A stretch of DNA of 36,275 nucleotides, from contig NC_068983.1 in the NCBI RefSeq assembly GCF_001194135.2, positions 68,792,740 through 68,829,014 of the forward strand, written 5' to 3'. How positions within the stretch are numbered: the stretch's first letter is position 1; the number at the start of each line of letters is the position of its first letter. The notes beneath the pieces were generated by a model. The model was not told the DNA's origin. It saw nothing but the letters and a program-made list of their open reading frames with translations, and searched no databases. Of this stretch, positions 1 to 11,211 are shown piece after piece. The position numbers and the translations under genes were made by a program. The DNA comes from Octopus bimaculoides. Taxonomy: Eukaryota.

Positions 1-59
<59 letters not shown>
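1..59. repeat. (AG)n microsatellite
   Basis: Pure AG dinucleotide run at the window start. Confidence 0.98.
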
Positions 60-63
<4 letters not shown>

Positions 64-958
64 GAGGTTAAGGTTTCCTAGCCTAATTTGTTAAATTTCT
101 TTCTGTAGTGTCATTTACGAGAAATATTGCCAAGTGTTGTTATGGACGAAAACTGGTTCTTTCGATTGACCATGTTATACGTGTGTGGCTTGCCGTTCTT
201 GGTGCATTTGTTTGATTTCCTGGCAATACTTCTCCGTGGTTGTGGTTTTGCCAAGATTCAAAGAAATAACAGTGGATTTCTTGAATCTTGGTGTGAAACA
301 ACAGTTTCTTTTGATGCAGCTTTGGTTTGAGAAAGCATTTTGGTCAAGCCATTGTACGGAACGTTGTCGTATGTAATCCACTTTTCGTCACATGTTACGG
401 CGGTCAAGAAATGGACAGATTTTGTTGAGCATAAACACGTGAAAAGTAGACTTTGTAAAAGTTTTATTTCATCCAGTATAAGCAGCACCCATTTACTGTG
501 TTTTGGCTTACAGTGTGATGCAAATATCGGACATTTAAAAGACGTTTAATTCTTCTGCAATCTCTCGAGTTGTTCTGTTTGGGTCTGCTTCAGTAATGGC
601 CCCTAGTTGGTCGCTGTCAACTATGGAATTTCGTTCGCGATTTTGCACATCTTCAAAGTTCTCCTGTCCCCTATAAAACATTTGAAAGTAATGTCGAACT
701 GAGCTTTGTTGATTTTCTTTTGACAAAATGCATGGTCGGTGTTGCGAGCAATTTCCGATGCTTTGCGAATTTGTTTTTTTATTTTCCTTATAGCTTAAAA
801 TAAGCAAACATGAGCATTGAAAGTAAGACCTGCAGTACAAATCAATAGACAAAAATCTGCGCTTCAAAATGGTATATTGCATGAGCATAGTTAATTAAAA
901 GTTTATTCCAAATGAAACATCAAAATTTAAAATAACAAAAACATTTATTTTTGCACTG

Positions 959-963
<5 letters not shown>
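60..963 (-). mobile_element. Decayed mariner (DD34D, Hsmar1/mellifera-like) transposon, 5' two-thirds
   Basis: Frameshifted minus-strand pieces: DSDQLGAITEADPNRTTREIAEELNV (HTH region), VTCDEKWITYDN (first D), SVQWLD, LNLGKTTTTEKYCQEI, VHNN (HDN motif), LQKKFNKLG*ETL, ending at TCCAGATCTCTC (SPDLS). The 5' terminus TAGATCAGTGCAAAAATAAATG resembles the mariner TIR TTAGGTTGGTGCAAAAGTAATTG. Confidence 0.9.

Positions 964-1020
<57 letters not shown>
958..1020. repeat. (TCTA)n microsatellite
   Basis: Tetranucleotide run abutting the mariner terminus. Confidence 0.95.
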
Positions 1021-1584
1021 TTATCTCTTTTATTCTTTTACTTGTTTCAGTCATTTGACTGCGGCCATGCTGGAGCACCGCCTTCAGTCGAGCAAATCGA
1101 CCTCAGGACTTATTCTTTGTAAGCCTAGTACTTATTCTATCGGTCCTCAAGGTTACGGGGCCGCAAACACACCACCATCGGTTGTCAAGCGATGTTGGAG
1201 GGATAAACACAGACACACAAACATATATATATATANNNNNNNNNNNNNNNNNNNNNNNNNNNNNNNNNNNNNNNNNNNNNNNNNNNNNNNNNNNNNNNNN
1301 NNNNNNNNNNNNNNNNNNNNNNNNNNNNNNNNNNNNNNNNNNNNNNNNNNNNNNNNNNNNNNNNNNNNNNNNNNNNNNNNNNNNNNNNNNNNTATATACA
1401 TATATATATATACATATATACGACGGGCTTCTTTCAGTTTCTGTCTACCAAATCCACTCACAAGGCTTTGTTCGGCCCAAGGCTATAGTAGAAGACACTT
1501 GCCCAAGGTGCCACGCAGTAGGAATGAACCCGGAACCATGTGGTTGGGAAGCAAGCTACTTACCACACAGCCACTCCTGCGCCT
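1021..1584 (-). mobile_element. tRNA-derived SINE, family A (full length, internal (TA)n and gap)
   Basis: Minus-strand head AGGCGCAGGAGTGGCTGTGTGG (A-box-like) and GGTTCATTCC (B-box-like), CCTTGGGCAAG central motif, internal (TA)n, 3' module ending GAAACAAGTAAAAGAATAAAAGAG. Homologous to 33886-34305 and 27375-27530. Confidence 0.9.
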
Positions 1585-1597
1585 ATCTATCTATCTT

Positions 1598-1640
<43 letters not shown>

Positions 1641-1662
1641 GTGTGTGTGTGTATGTATGTAT
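1585..1662. repeat. (CTAT)n followed by (GT)n/(GTAT)n
   Basis: Direct reading. Confidence 0.9.
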
Positions 1663-1814
1663 GTTTAGCTGGTGTTTCTTGAATCAGTTCTCTGGGTTTC
1701 ACTGTGCCTTTTATTCGAACGATTGAGAAGGGGAGCAGCTTGACGATATATAAAAAAATATTTGTACACGGTTCAAAATACGACAAATCATGGAAATTTG
1801 ATTGGTTGCCAAAC

Positions 1815-1856
1815 CCGCCGCCGCCGCCGCCGCCGCCACCACCACCACCACCACCA
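1815..1856. repeat. (CCG)7(CCA)7 compound trinucleotide repeat
   Basis: Direct reading. Confidence 0.95.
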
Positions 1857-2294
1857 AAACACATTAGAAAATGCATCGCACAATTATCTATTTAATTATG
1901 AAATATTCAGAACACGTGACATTTTCTTGTTGTCATTGTAATATGTGTAAAACACTTGCTATGTTTAGAATAATTTATATATTTTCCTAACTTTAGTATT
2001 GGGTATAAAAAACACAAAAACAAGGACTATTGTTATAAATTGTTTAGTGTTGAAGACAACCAAACAAAAAAGAAATTTTCCAGTGTGCGACCATCTTTTA
2101 AGTATAGCAAATCTATTGATGCAAAAAATAAACTATTTTCTCTATTTGGTAGTCGGAAATTCCTCAATGAATATCACGGAAGTCTCTGCAAAAATATATC
2201 AATTTAGATCTTTAGTTCAAAATTGCAAATGGTTGAAGGCATTAATATAGAAGAACGCATGTTCTTCTATATAGGCCGAACTATAGAATAATTG

Positions 2295-2853
2295 AATAAC
2301 GAATTAAAAAGCAGCTCTAGATTTGTAAATATTATCGATCACACATACTCAATGCATGTGTTTCGTCTGTTCGTCAGTTCGTTGCTGGATAGCACCCGGG
2401 TAAGATTCCCTCATAATGCTGGGTGTTAAAACACTTGAAAATCATAGACAGGTGAGACAACTAGCCTCCGATCCAATTCAGGAGTGATGGATACCGATAT
2501 TTCGCTATTTATGTGGCTTACCAACACCACGTACCTGAATCGAACCGGAGACAAATCGAATCGCCAGTCTGTGAATATACATAAATAGTGTAAAAATTAT
2601 TTGCAGCTATACCAAGGCATACGTAAAATTAAATTCAATAATGAATTAAAAGCAGCGCTTGTCTTGTAAACATTATCAACTGAACATACTCAATGTATGT
2701 GTTTTGTTTGTTCACCGGTTCGCTGTAGACAGCGCTCTGGAGACGACCCCCATCTTAGCACTGGATGTTAAGACACCCGAAAGTCATAGAGAGGAGAAAC
2801 AACTCGCCTCCGATCCCATTCATCCCATTCAAAAGTGATGGATACCGATATTT
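2295..2853. repeat. Diverged direct duplication (about 210-bp units at 2295-2502 and 2637-2853)
   Basis: Shared anchors gaattaaaa-gcagc, catactcaatg-atgtgttt, aa-tcataga-agg-ga-acaact-gcctccgatcc, agtgatggataccgatattt. Confidence 0.85.
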
Positions 2854-2884
2854 ATCCATTTTTTTGCGGCTTATCATGCAATAA

Positions 2885-3110
2885 CCTAAATCTGGATGAT
2901 CTTCCCTGACAATGAAAGATGATATCAAAAGAAAGTGCATGATATGATCCGTAAAACTTGTGCTGAAAGGGGATAAAAAAAGAAGACCCGAGTCACAGTC
3001 AGTCAAGAGTTGACAACTAGAAAGAGACTATATAAAGGTTGAAGTCTGAGGCATGAACTTAGAAAACCTGGATGCTGTGCTATGACAATGCATCTACTCA
3101 TCGAGGCAAA
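2885..3110 (+). pseudogene. Highly degraded mariner transposase relic
   Basis: PESQSVK (cf. PEGQTVN) followed by WMLCYDNASTHRG (cf. W.LHHDNAPAH); several frameshifts and stops. Confidence 0.35.
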
Positions 3111-3362
3111 AGTTAAGATGGTAAAGAGACGTAAGATACAGTGCAGAAGATAAAATTGTCATGGGTGCTTCTTCCTTTCCGCACTGGCAGATGTTTTTCT
3201 TTTATTTATTGTATTATACTTTTATGAAAAAACAATGCAATTTCATTCTTGGCTCATATTTAGTTACATATGTTTCTTTTCCGTTTGAGTTGTAATTCTG
3301 CCAATCCTAAATTTAGTAAGTATACCAAGTGTTGATTCAATCAATATCATTCCCTCCCAAGA

Positions 3363-3565
3363 AATGGTTGTATCATTGAAAAGTTTTCTTCGCAACTATG
3401 TGGTCCCGAGTTCTATTCCACAGTGCTGCAATAGACTCGGGTCTACAATAGACTCGGGTCTACAATAGACTCGGGTCTACAATAGACTCGGGTCTACAAT
3501 AGACTCGGATCAACCAAAGTATTTTAAGTAAAACTTAGTAGACAGAAACTGCGTGGAAGCCCAGG
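3363..3565 (+). mobile_element. Degenerate SINE family A head with internal 17-bp tandem expansion
   Basis: gtggtcccgagttctattccacagtg ... atagactcggatcaaccaaag ... ttagtagacagaaactg aligns to the family A 5' module. Confidence 0.65.
3429..3508. repeat. 17-bp minisatellite (CAATAGACTCGGGTCTA) x4.7
   Basis: Four perfect units plus a 12-nt partial; no spacers. Confidence 0.97.
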
Positions 3566-3626
3566 AGAGGGATCATTCTTGCTCATTATTCACAGTTCAT
3601 TTTAATACTATTTAATACTTGGTTCA

Positions 3627-3843
3627 AAGCAGTAAGCTGGCAGAAACGTTAGCACGCCGGGCGAAATGCTTAACGGTATTTCATCAGCCGTTACATTCGG
3701 AGTTCAAATTCTGCCGAGGTCGACTTTGCCTTTCATCCATTTGAGGTCGATAAATTAAGTACCAGTTGCGTACTGGCATCGATCTAATCGACTGGCCTCT
3801 TCCCCTAAAACTTCGGGCTTTGTGCCTAGAGTAGGAAAGAATA
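3627..3843 (+). mobile_element. SINE family C
   Basis: agctggcagaaacgttagcacgccgggcgaaatgc ... gagttcaaattctgccgaggtcgactttgcctttcatcc ... gtcgataaattaagtaccag; homologous remnants at 13180, 21775 and 29940. Confidence 0.8.
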
Positions 3844-4204
3844 CTCGATTCTTTAATGTTTTTTCCTTCTCTCACTAATCTCAGAGTTTATGAAAAAGAA
3901 CCAAAGGCGCTGACCTAATTTTCTTATTTTTATCTCAGCCATAGAAATCTGGAAATTAAAAAGATATGTTATTTCGTGGCAAGCATAGAAGAAAAGACAA
4001 TTGATAGCTAAGTAGCTGAAACTGCAACACGGTTTCGATATCCGTTTAAATTCGCTCACTTTATTCATGCTCCAAAATATAAAACAATTTCTTCTGGGTG
4101 AGACATAAACAATATACTGCTTACTTCTGATTCTTCTCGGTTAGTGGAACTTTTATTTTTACTTGTCAAGATAAACTAATAATGTTGTTCTAGTTCTTGT
4201 TTAA

Positions 4205-4310
4205 ATTCAGTCCAGCCATGACTGAGCAGTTCAATAATCAAAGGCGTTCCAGCCATAACTATACCATCTTAATTTTAGACAAAATATGTCTAGGACTACA
4301 TAGCTGTATA
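4205..4310 (-). mobile_element. Remnant of interspersed repeat family E
   Basis: tcaaaggcgttccagccat motif shared with 12874, 20319 and 35495. Confidence 0.5.
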
Positions 4311-4823
4311 TGTTTCTGTATATTCTTGTTGAGGCAATATGTCTCCTTTGATGTGTAAGCCGTTCATGGCAAGATTAATGCAGTCTCATCTTCATCAGTT
4401 ACGAAGCTCATTAGAGCATTCTTTCGTATAGAGCAATGTTCATACTTGTTTATGTAATAAAGCAGATCTTGACGCTGGCAATAGTCACACGGGCAAGAGA
4501 ATTGCTGTTTCGTTTGAATGGAATATTTCATTGGTGCAACATTGATGTTGATTGAAACAACAAAACAGTCGATTAAATATTTATTGAGTATAATGAAAAA
4601 ATAATTAGCTGTTATTTGTTTTTATGACTTTCATTTAAGTTATTTTACTATCTCAGAAAGTAATTTCATCATTATGATACCAGAAGTAACAAGATAAATC
4701 ATTTACTCCCCAGGGTTAAACATATAATTCCTTTATTTCGTTAATAATATCTCTCATTTGTTTCAGTGGTCGATAAAATTCTATCGATGAGTATGGTACG
4801 GTAATCATATATATATATATATA

Positions 4824-5169
4824 TATAAGAGACAGAATGGGATAACAAAGCCAAGGCTGTGAGGAGTTTTCAGGTCATTTATAAGGAAATAGTCCTTACA
4901 GCTGTTTCTGGGATATTATGGATATCCCTTCATCAGAGACGGTGTGAGAAGGTTAAATAGAAGAAATATTTGAGTTCGAATTATTATACAAAAGGAGGAG
5001 ATAGGGAATATAGAGGGAAATAAGAGAATGAAAGTAGAAATAAGATATATAAAAATATTGTAGTTGCAGATATAAAGATGTTGTAGTACAGGTGTAAGGA
5101 CTATTTCCTTATAAATGTCCTGAAAACTTCTCACAGCCTTGGTTTTGTTATCTCATTCTGTCTGTTATA
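4824..5169. mobile_element. Fold-back non-autonomous element with 82-bp inverted arms, probably Penelope-like pLTR derived
   Basis: Arms 4824-4905 and 5088-5169 are reverse complements with 6 mismatches around a 182-bp spacer; contains a hammerhead motif; no ORF. Confidence 0.75.
4891..4944 (-). ncRNA. Minimal type I hammerhead ribozyme motif
   Basis: Minus strand: GTCT-CTGATGA-A-GGGATAT-CCATA-ATATCCC-A-GAAA-CAGCTG-TA^AGGAC. Intact core, 7-bp helix II, palindromic helix III (ACAGCTGT), GUA cleavage triplet, short helix I. Confidence 0.7.
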
Positions 5170-5246
5170 CATGCATGCTAATACAAGACCCACATTAGAC
5201 TCCTCACTCGTATCATTATCGAACCAAAACTTTAACTACAGTCTGT

Positions 5247-5282
<36 letters not shown>

Positions 5283-6163
5283 NNNNNNNNNNNNNNNNNN
5301 NNNNNNNNNNNNNNNNNNNNNNNNNNNNNNNNNNNNNNNNNNNNNNNNNNNNNNNNNNNNNNNNNNNNNNNNNNNNNNNNNNNNNNNNNNNNNNNNNNNN
5401 NNNNNNNNNNNNNNNNNNNNNNNNNNNNNNNNNNNNNNNNNNNNNNNNNNNNNNNNNNNNNNNNNNNNNNNNNNNNNNNNNNNNNNNNNNNNNNNNNNNN
5501 NNNNNNNNNNNNNNNNNNNNNNNNNNNNNNNNNNNNNNNNNNNNNNNNNNNNNNNNNNNNNNNNNNNNNNNNNNNNNNNNNNNNNNNNNNNNNNNNNNNN
5601 NNNNNNNNNNNNNNNNNNNNNNNNNNNNNNNNNNNNNNNNNNNNNNNNNNNNNNNNNNNNNNNNNNNNNNNNNNNNNNNNNNNNNNNNNNNNNNNNNNNN
5701 NNNNNNNNNNNNNNNNNNNNNNNNNNNNNNNNNNNNNNNNNNNNNNNNNNNNNNNNNNNNNNNNNNNNNNNNNNNNNNNNNNNNNNNNNNNNNNNNNNNN
5801 NNNNNNNNNNNNNNNNNNNNNNNNNNNNNNNNNNNNNNNNNNNNNNNNNNNNNNNNNNNNNNNNNNNNNNNNNNNNNNNNNNNNNNNNNNNNNNNNNNNN
5901 NNNNNNNNNNNNNNNNNNNNNNNNNNNNNNNNNNNNNNNNNNNNNNNNNNNNNNNNNNNNNNNNNNNNNNNNNNNNNNNNNNNNNNNNNNNNNNNNNNNN
6001 NNNNNNNNNNNNNNNNNNNNNNNNNNNNNNNNNNNNNNNNNNNNNNNNNNNNNNNNNNNNNNNNNNNNNNNNNNNNNNNNNNNNNNNNNNNNNNNNNNNN
6101 NNNNNNNNNNNNNNNNNNNNNNNNNNNNNNNNNNNNNNNNNNNNNNNNNNNNNNNNNNNNNNN

Positions 6164-6245
6164 ATGTATTAGTTTAACGCTCGGGAAGTGGAAAAGTCTT
6201 TAACGTTTCGAGCATACGCTCTTCCACAGAAAGAAACAAGGGGAG
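6164..6245 (-). mobile_element. Repeat family P copy 1 (hammerhead-bearing; runs into the gap)
   Basis: Shares AAAGACTTT ... TTCCCGAGCGTTAAACTAAT with the copies at about 32420-32610 and 33340-33516. Confidence 0.8.
6195..6234 (-). ncRNA. Variant-core minimal hammerhead ribozyme motif (family P)
   Basis: Minus strand: TCTTT-CTGTGGA-A-GAGC-GTAT-GCTC-GAAA-CG-TT^AAAGA. 5-bp helix I, 4-bp helix II, palindromic AACGTT helix III; core position 6 is U rather than A. Confidence 0.55.
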
Positions 6246-6638
6246 AATATATATTTATATATATACACGCACACATACATGCATACACACACAGACACAC
6301 ACATTCGTGTATGTATATATATAGTGAAGACACATCATAAACACAACGAAAGTATATTTCTTAGTAAAAGATTAGCAAAGGGCCCAATGAAATGAAGTAC
6401 TTCAAATTCAGGGAATTATAGGGTAATATATAAAATGACTGAAAGGAAATGATGCGTGAAATGCTAAGTCAAAACATATCTCTTCAAATAAACACAAATT
6501 TCTCTCACTCTCGCTCAATTCTCTCTCCTTCTCTCTGTCTATCCATGTAGTGTATATATATGTATAGTGCATAGGTATAAGTATGTAACTATATGTGTGT
6601 GTGTGTATGTGTGTCTGCACAAGTATGTATGCATGCAT

Positions 6639-6681
<43 letters not shown>

Positions 6682-7139
6682 AGAATATTATAAACTTTCG
6701 AGAGATCGTGAAATAATCCTTTTTTGGGAATAATGGTTCTCGAAACACACAACTATAAAGAATACCATATCCCATTCAACCCAGTATTTACGTGCAATTC
6801 CACTCATTATTCCAGAACAGAATCATATACATACATATATATATATATATATATAGGCATACTTTTGCACGTCGAACATATGAGAATTATTGAGTATTAG
6901 ATGGGTGACCCTTTATGTATAGTTGTATATATTCTTAATAGAATGTTAAAAAGTTGTGTATTTGTGCATAAATGATACAATTATGGATTATACACGGACG
7001 TTTTGTGCCTTTTCTATATGAGAACTTACAGACATTCCTGCGCAACTTATTTCATATGAAGTAACACGGATGCAGGAATATATTAAAGATTATTATGGAA
7101 TTTTAGGTGTGAGCCTGCGTGTGATTGCGGTGGTGTCTA

Positions 7140-7526
7140 TCTATAAATATACATGCAAGCATAAATACACACATACACATTCATTTTTCTACATATATCT
7201 ATGTATATATATGTGTGTGTGCGTATGTGCATGCTTCTGTGTATATACATACATTCAAACGCTCCCACGCAGTTGTATACTATATATATATATATATATA
7301 TATATGCCTTTATCCAGTGAAACATGCACACACACACACACGCACGCATACATGTATGGGTGTGAATAACTGAAAACATATACACATACATACATACATA
7401 CACATATATAGACGTACACACACAGAAACACTTATGCCTGTGTGTATGTATACCTATATGTATACTTGGATACTTGTGTCATTTTGCATGTAGACGTAAT
7501 ATTCATGTGTGTGTGTGCGCGCGTAT

Positions 7527-7567
<41 letters not shown>

Positions 7568-7727
7568 ACGATATGCATATATGCAGATATATGTACCTAT
7601 ATATATATAGAAAGATACATAGCTACACATTTACACACACGCATCTATCTATCTATCTATCTATCTATCTGTCTGTCTGTCTGTCTGTCTATCTGTCTGT
7701 CTGTCTGTCTGTCTGTCTGCCTGTCTG

Positions 7728-7780
<53 letters not shown>

Positions 7781-7805
7781 TTATCTATATTTCACTCTCT
7801 CTCCT

Positions 7806-7848
<43 letters not shown>

Positions 7849-8589
7849 TTATGCTTATCGAATTACTCCTTAAGTTTGAAGAAACAATCGACCAGAGAGA
7901 TAACAATGTGTATGTCTGTTTGTGTGTATGTGTGTGTGACATGCATACACAAGCCGCNNNNNNNNNNNNNNNNNNNNNNNNNNNNNNNNNNNNNNNNNNN
8001 NNNNNNNNNNNNNNNNNNNNNNNNNNNNNNNNNNNNNNNNNNNNNNNNNNNNNNNNNNNNNNNNNNNNNNNNNNNNNNNNNNNNNNNNNNNNNNNNNNNN
8101 NNNNNNNNNNNNNNNNNNNNNNNNNNNNNNNNNNNNNNNNNNNNNNNNNNNNNNNNNNNNNNNNNNNNNNNNNNNNNNNNNNNNNNNNNNNNNNNNNNNN
8201 NNNNNNNNNNNNNNNNNNNNNNNNNNNNNNNNNNNNNNNNNNNNNNNNNNNNNNNNNNNNNNNNNNNNNNNNNNNNNNNNNNNNNNNNNNNNNNNNNNNN
8301 NNNNNNNNNNNNNNNNNNNNNNNNNNNNNNNNNNNNNNNNNNNNNNNNNNNNNNNNNNNNNNNNNNNNNNNNNNNNNNNNNNNNNNNNNNNNNNNNNNNN
8401 NNNNNNNNNNNNNNNNNNNNNNNNNNNNNNNNNNNNNNNNNNNNNNNNNNNNNNATGTATATATATATATATATATACGTATGTATGTATGTATACATAT
8501 ACATATACATAAAAAAATATATATGCATATTATACGTATATTTTACATAAACATGTGTGCAGATTTGTATGGTGCATGTATGTATATGG

Positions 8590-8620
<31 letters not shown>

Positions 8621-8750
8621 TGTACAGTCACTGATACGGACGCATACGTCATGTATCGATAAATGTATTCATATTTAAATGCAAAATTATTTATACATTG
8701 GCCAGAATTATGCACACACACACACACAAACACACACATACGCGCGCGCG

Positions 8751-8797
<47 letters not shown>

Positions 8798-9471
8798 GTA
8801 AAACTTACATCATCGTATTTTTCCTCCGAACCTCTCTCTATATACATGCACATACATATATTCACACACACACACACACACATTCACACTCTCATACATA
8901 CATGTACATACAAACATAAATGTTCATATATGCGTGCGCACATAAATAGTCCATTTCGCCCAACACACTAACACAAACACACCTATACACTCGCGCACAC
9001 ACACAGACAAACACACGCAAACAGACAGACACACACAAATCTTCGTACACATGCACACCGTTATGGAAACACATACTTGCGTATGCAGAAACATGTTAAC
9101 ATTCTTATACACATCTCTTCACGTATCTATGCACATATGTAGGCACACATACACACACACGCACACAGAATACACACAATCTCTCCCGTACACACCCGTA
9201 CAAAGACACACACTCGCATACGCACATGCACACAACGATTCTATTATACTCACATACGTACAACCATAACCGTACATATTTGATACACGAAAATCGAGAT
9301 ATGGACCTACGTACATATAGTATAGCATACATTATACCCCAACACACCTTCATACACCCATACACACACACACACGCACACACAGACACACACGCGCACA
9401 CAGACACACGCGCGCTTACACACACACTCACACGCGCACACATAAATAAATGTATACATACATGTATATCC

Positions 9472-9502
<31 letters not shown>

Positions 9503-9573
9503 CACACATAAATACATACATACNNNNNNNNNNNNNNNNNNNNNNAAATAAATGTATACATACATGTATATCC

Positions 9574-9604
<31 letters not shown>

Positions 9605-9728
9605 CACACATAAATACATACATACACACTCACACACACACACACACATATACATATTCATATACAAGCATATACACACGTGCACTCACATGCACGTACG
9701 CACACGCACACACACACACGTACATACG

Positions 9729-9760
<32 letters not shown>

Positions 9761-11174
9761 CATTCATATATACATACATACATATATGTACATATATATA
9801 TACATGTATATTTACACTCATTCATACATGTATGCATACGTACAGATATACGTATATACATAAATGCATACATACATGCATGCATGCATCCATCCATCCA
9901 TCCATCCATCCATCCATCCATCCATCCATCCATCTACATAAATGCAGACATACATGCTTGCAGACATACATATATAAATATATATATGCATAGACAGATA
10001 CATGCATGCATAAATACAAGTACATACGCCTTTCTCTTCCTTAAAGACACACACAGACGGGCATACATACACACAACATACAGACGAACACCCATGTATG
10101 CATACACTCATTCTGTCTCTAGCTCTTATGCATACATATGCGCGCGTGTACTTACGTACATACATGCGCAAAAGAAGACCCATGTATACTCATATTCACT
10201 GAATGTCTCTAGTTCCTACACATACATATATACACACACACTCACACACACTATTCCTTTTTCTTACACACACACACGCACGCACGCACGTACACAGACA
10301 CATGCACGAATACACGTACACACAAACGCAGATGAAGACGTATGTACACACACATTCACTTTATATCCCTAGCTCTTGCACATACACATATATACACACA
10401 CACGCGCTTACACACACATGCCATACACTCATACATACGTACATTTCCTATTTCTCAAATAGATATACACACACATATACACATACACACTCCCTCTAAT
10501 TCTTACACACACGTACGCACATACACACGCATGTTCACAAATATACACACATATACACACACACACATTTACACATAAGCGGCTTGAATCAGTTCCTTTG
10601 ATCGTGTTTACTGTGTCAAAAGTATTGATAATGTTCTAAAGCATTATCGATCCATCAATAACCATGCTACTACCCCACATCCCCCCTCATCGGACAGCTA
10701 CCACCGCTCCCTCCCTCATATCCTTATCACCCCCTAGCCATCAGCCAATCACCCAATCAACCGGCCCCACCCATTCCTATGTGCTACTAATCACGGCCAG
10801 ATCGATGTTTATTTCACAGCTAACGCCATTTACTTAAAGCTCAACAGCCAAGAGAGATTATCTGAAATGTGATGGAGAAGCTTAGGAGGGTAGTTAGCTC
10901 TAATGACAGAATGGCGTGCGTATGTGTGTGTGAGTTTGATGCTCGCGAGTGCGCGCGCGCGTGTGTGTACGTGTGGGTGTATAGATGTGTCGGTGTGTAT
11001 GTAGAGTGTGTTTATATTTGTGTTTGTAGATGTGGGTGTATGACCGTAGATATGTACGCGCTTGTTAGTGTTGAAGAGTATGTTCGCATATGAGAATATG
11101 TGTTTGTGTACGTTTGTGTGTTTGCGTGTATGTTTGTTTGTGTGTGAGTGTGTGTAGATCTGTTTATGTGTGTG

Positions 11175-11211
<37 letters not shown>

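Noticed and set aside
7034-7079. Small inverted repeat ATTCCTGC...GCAGGAAT
   Set aside because: 8-bp arms in AT-rich DNA with no associated structure or copies.
9444-9625. 80-bp direct duplication (9444-9523 and 9546-9625)
   Set aside because: Identical copies flank a 22-N gap; typical unmerged contig overlap.
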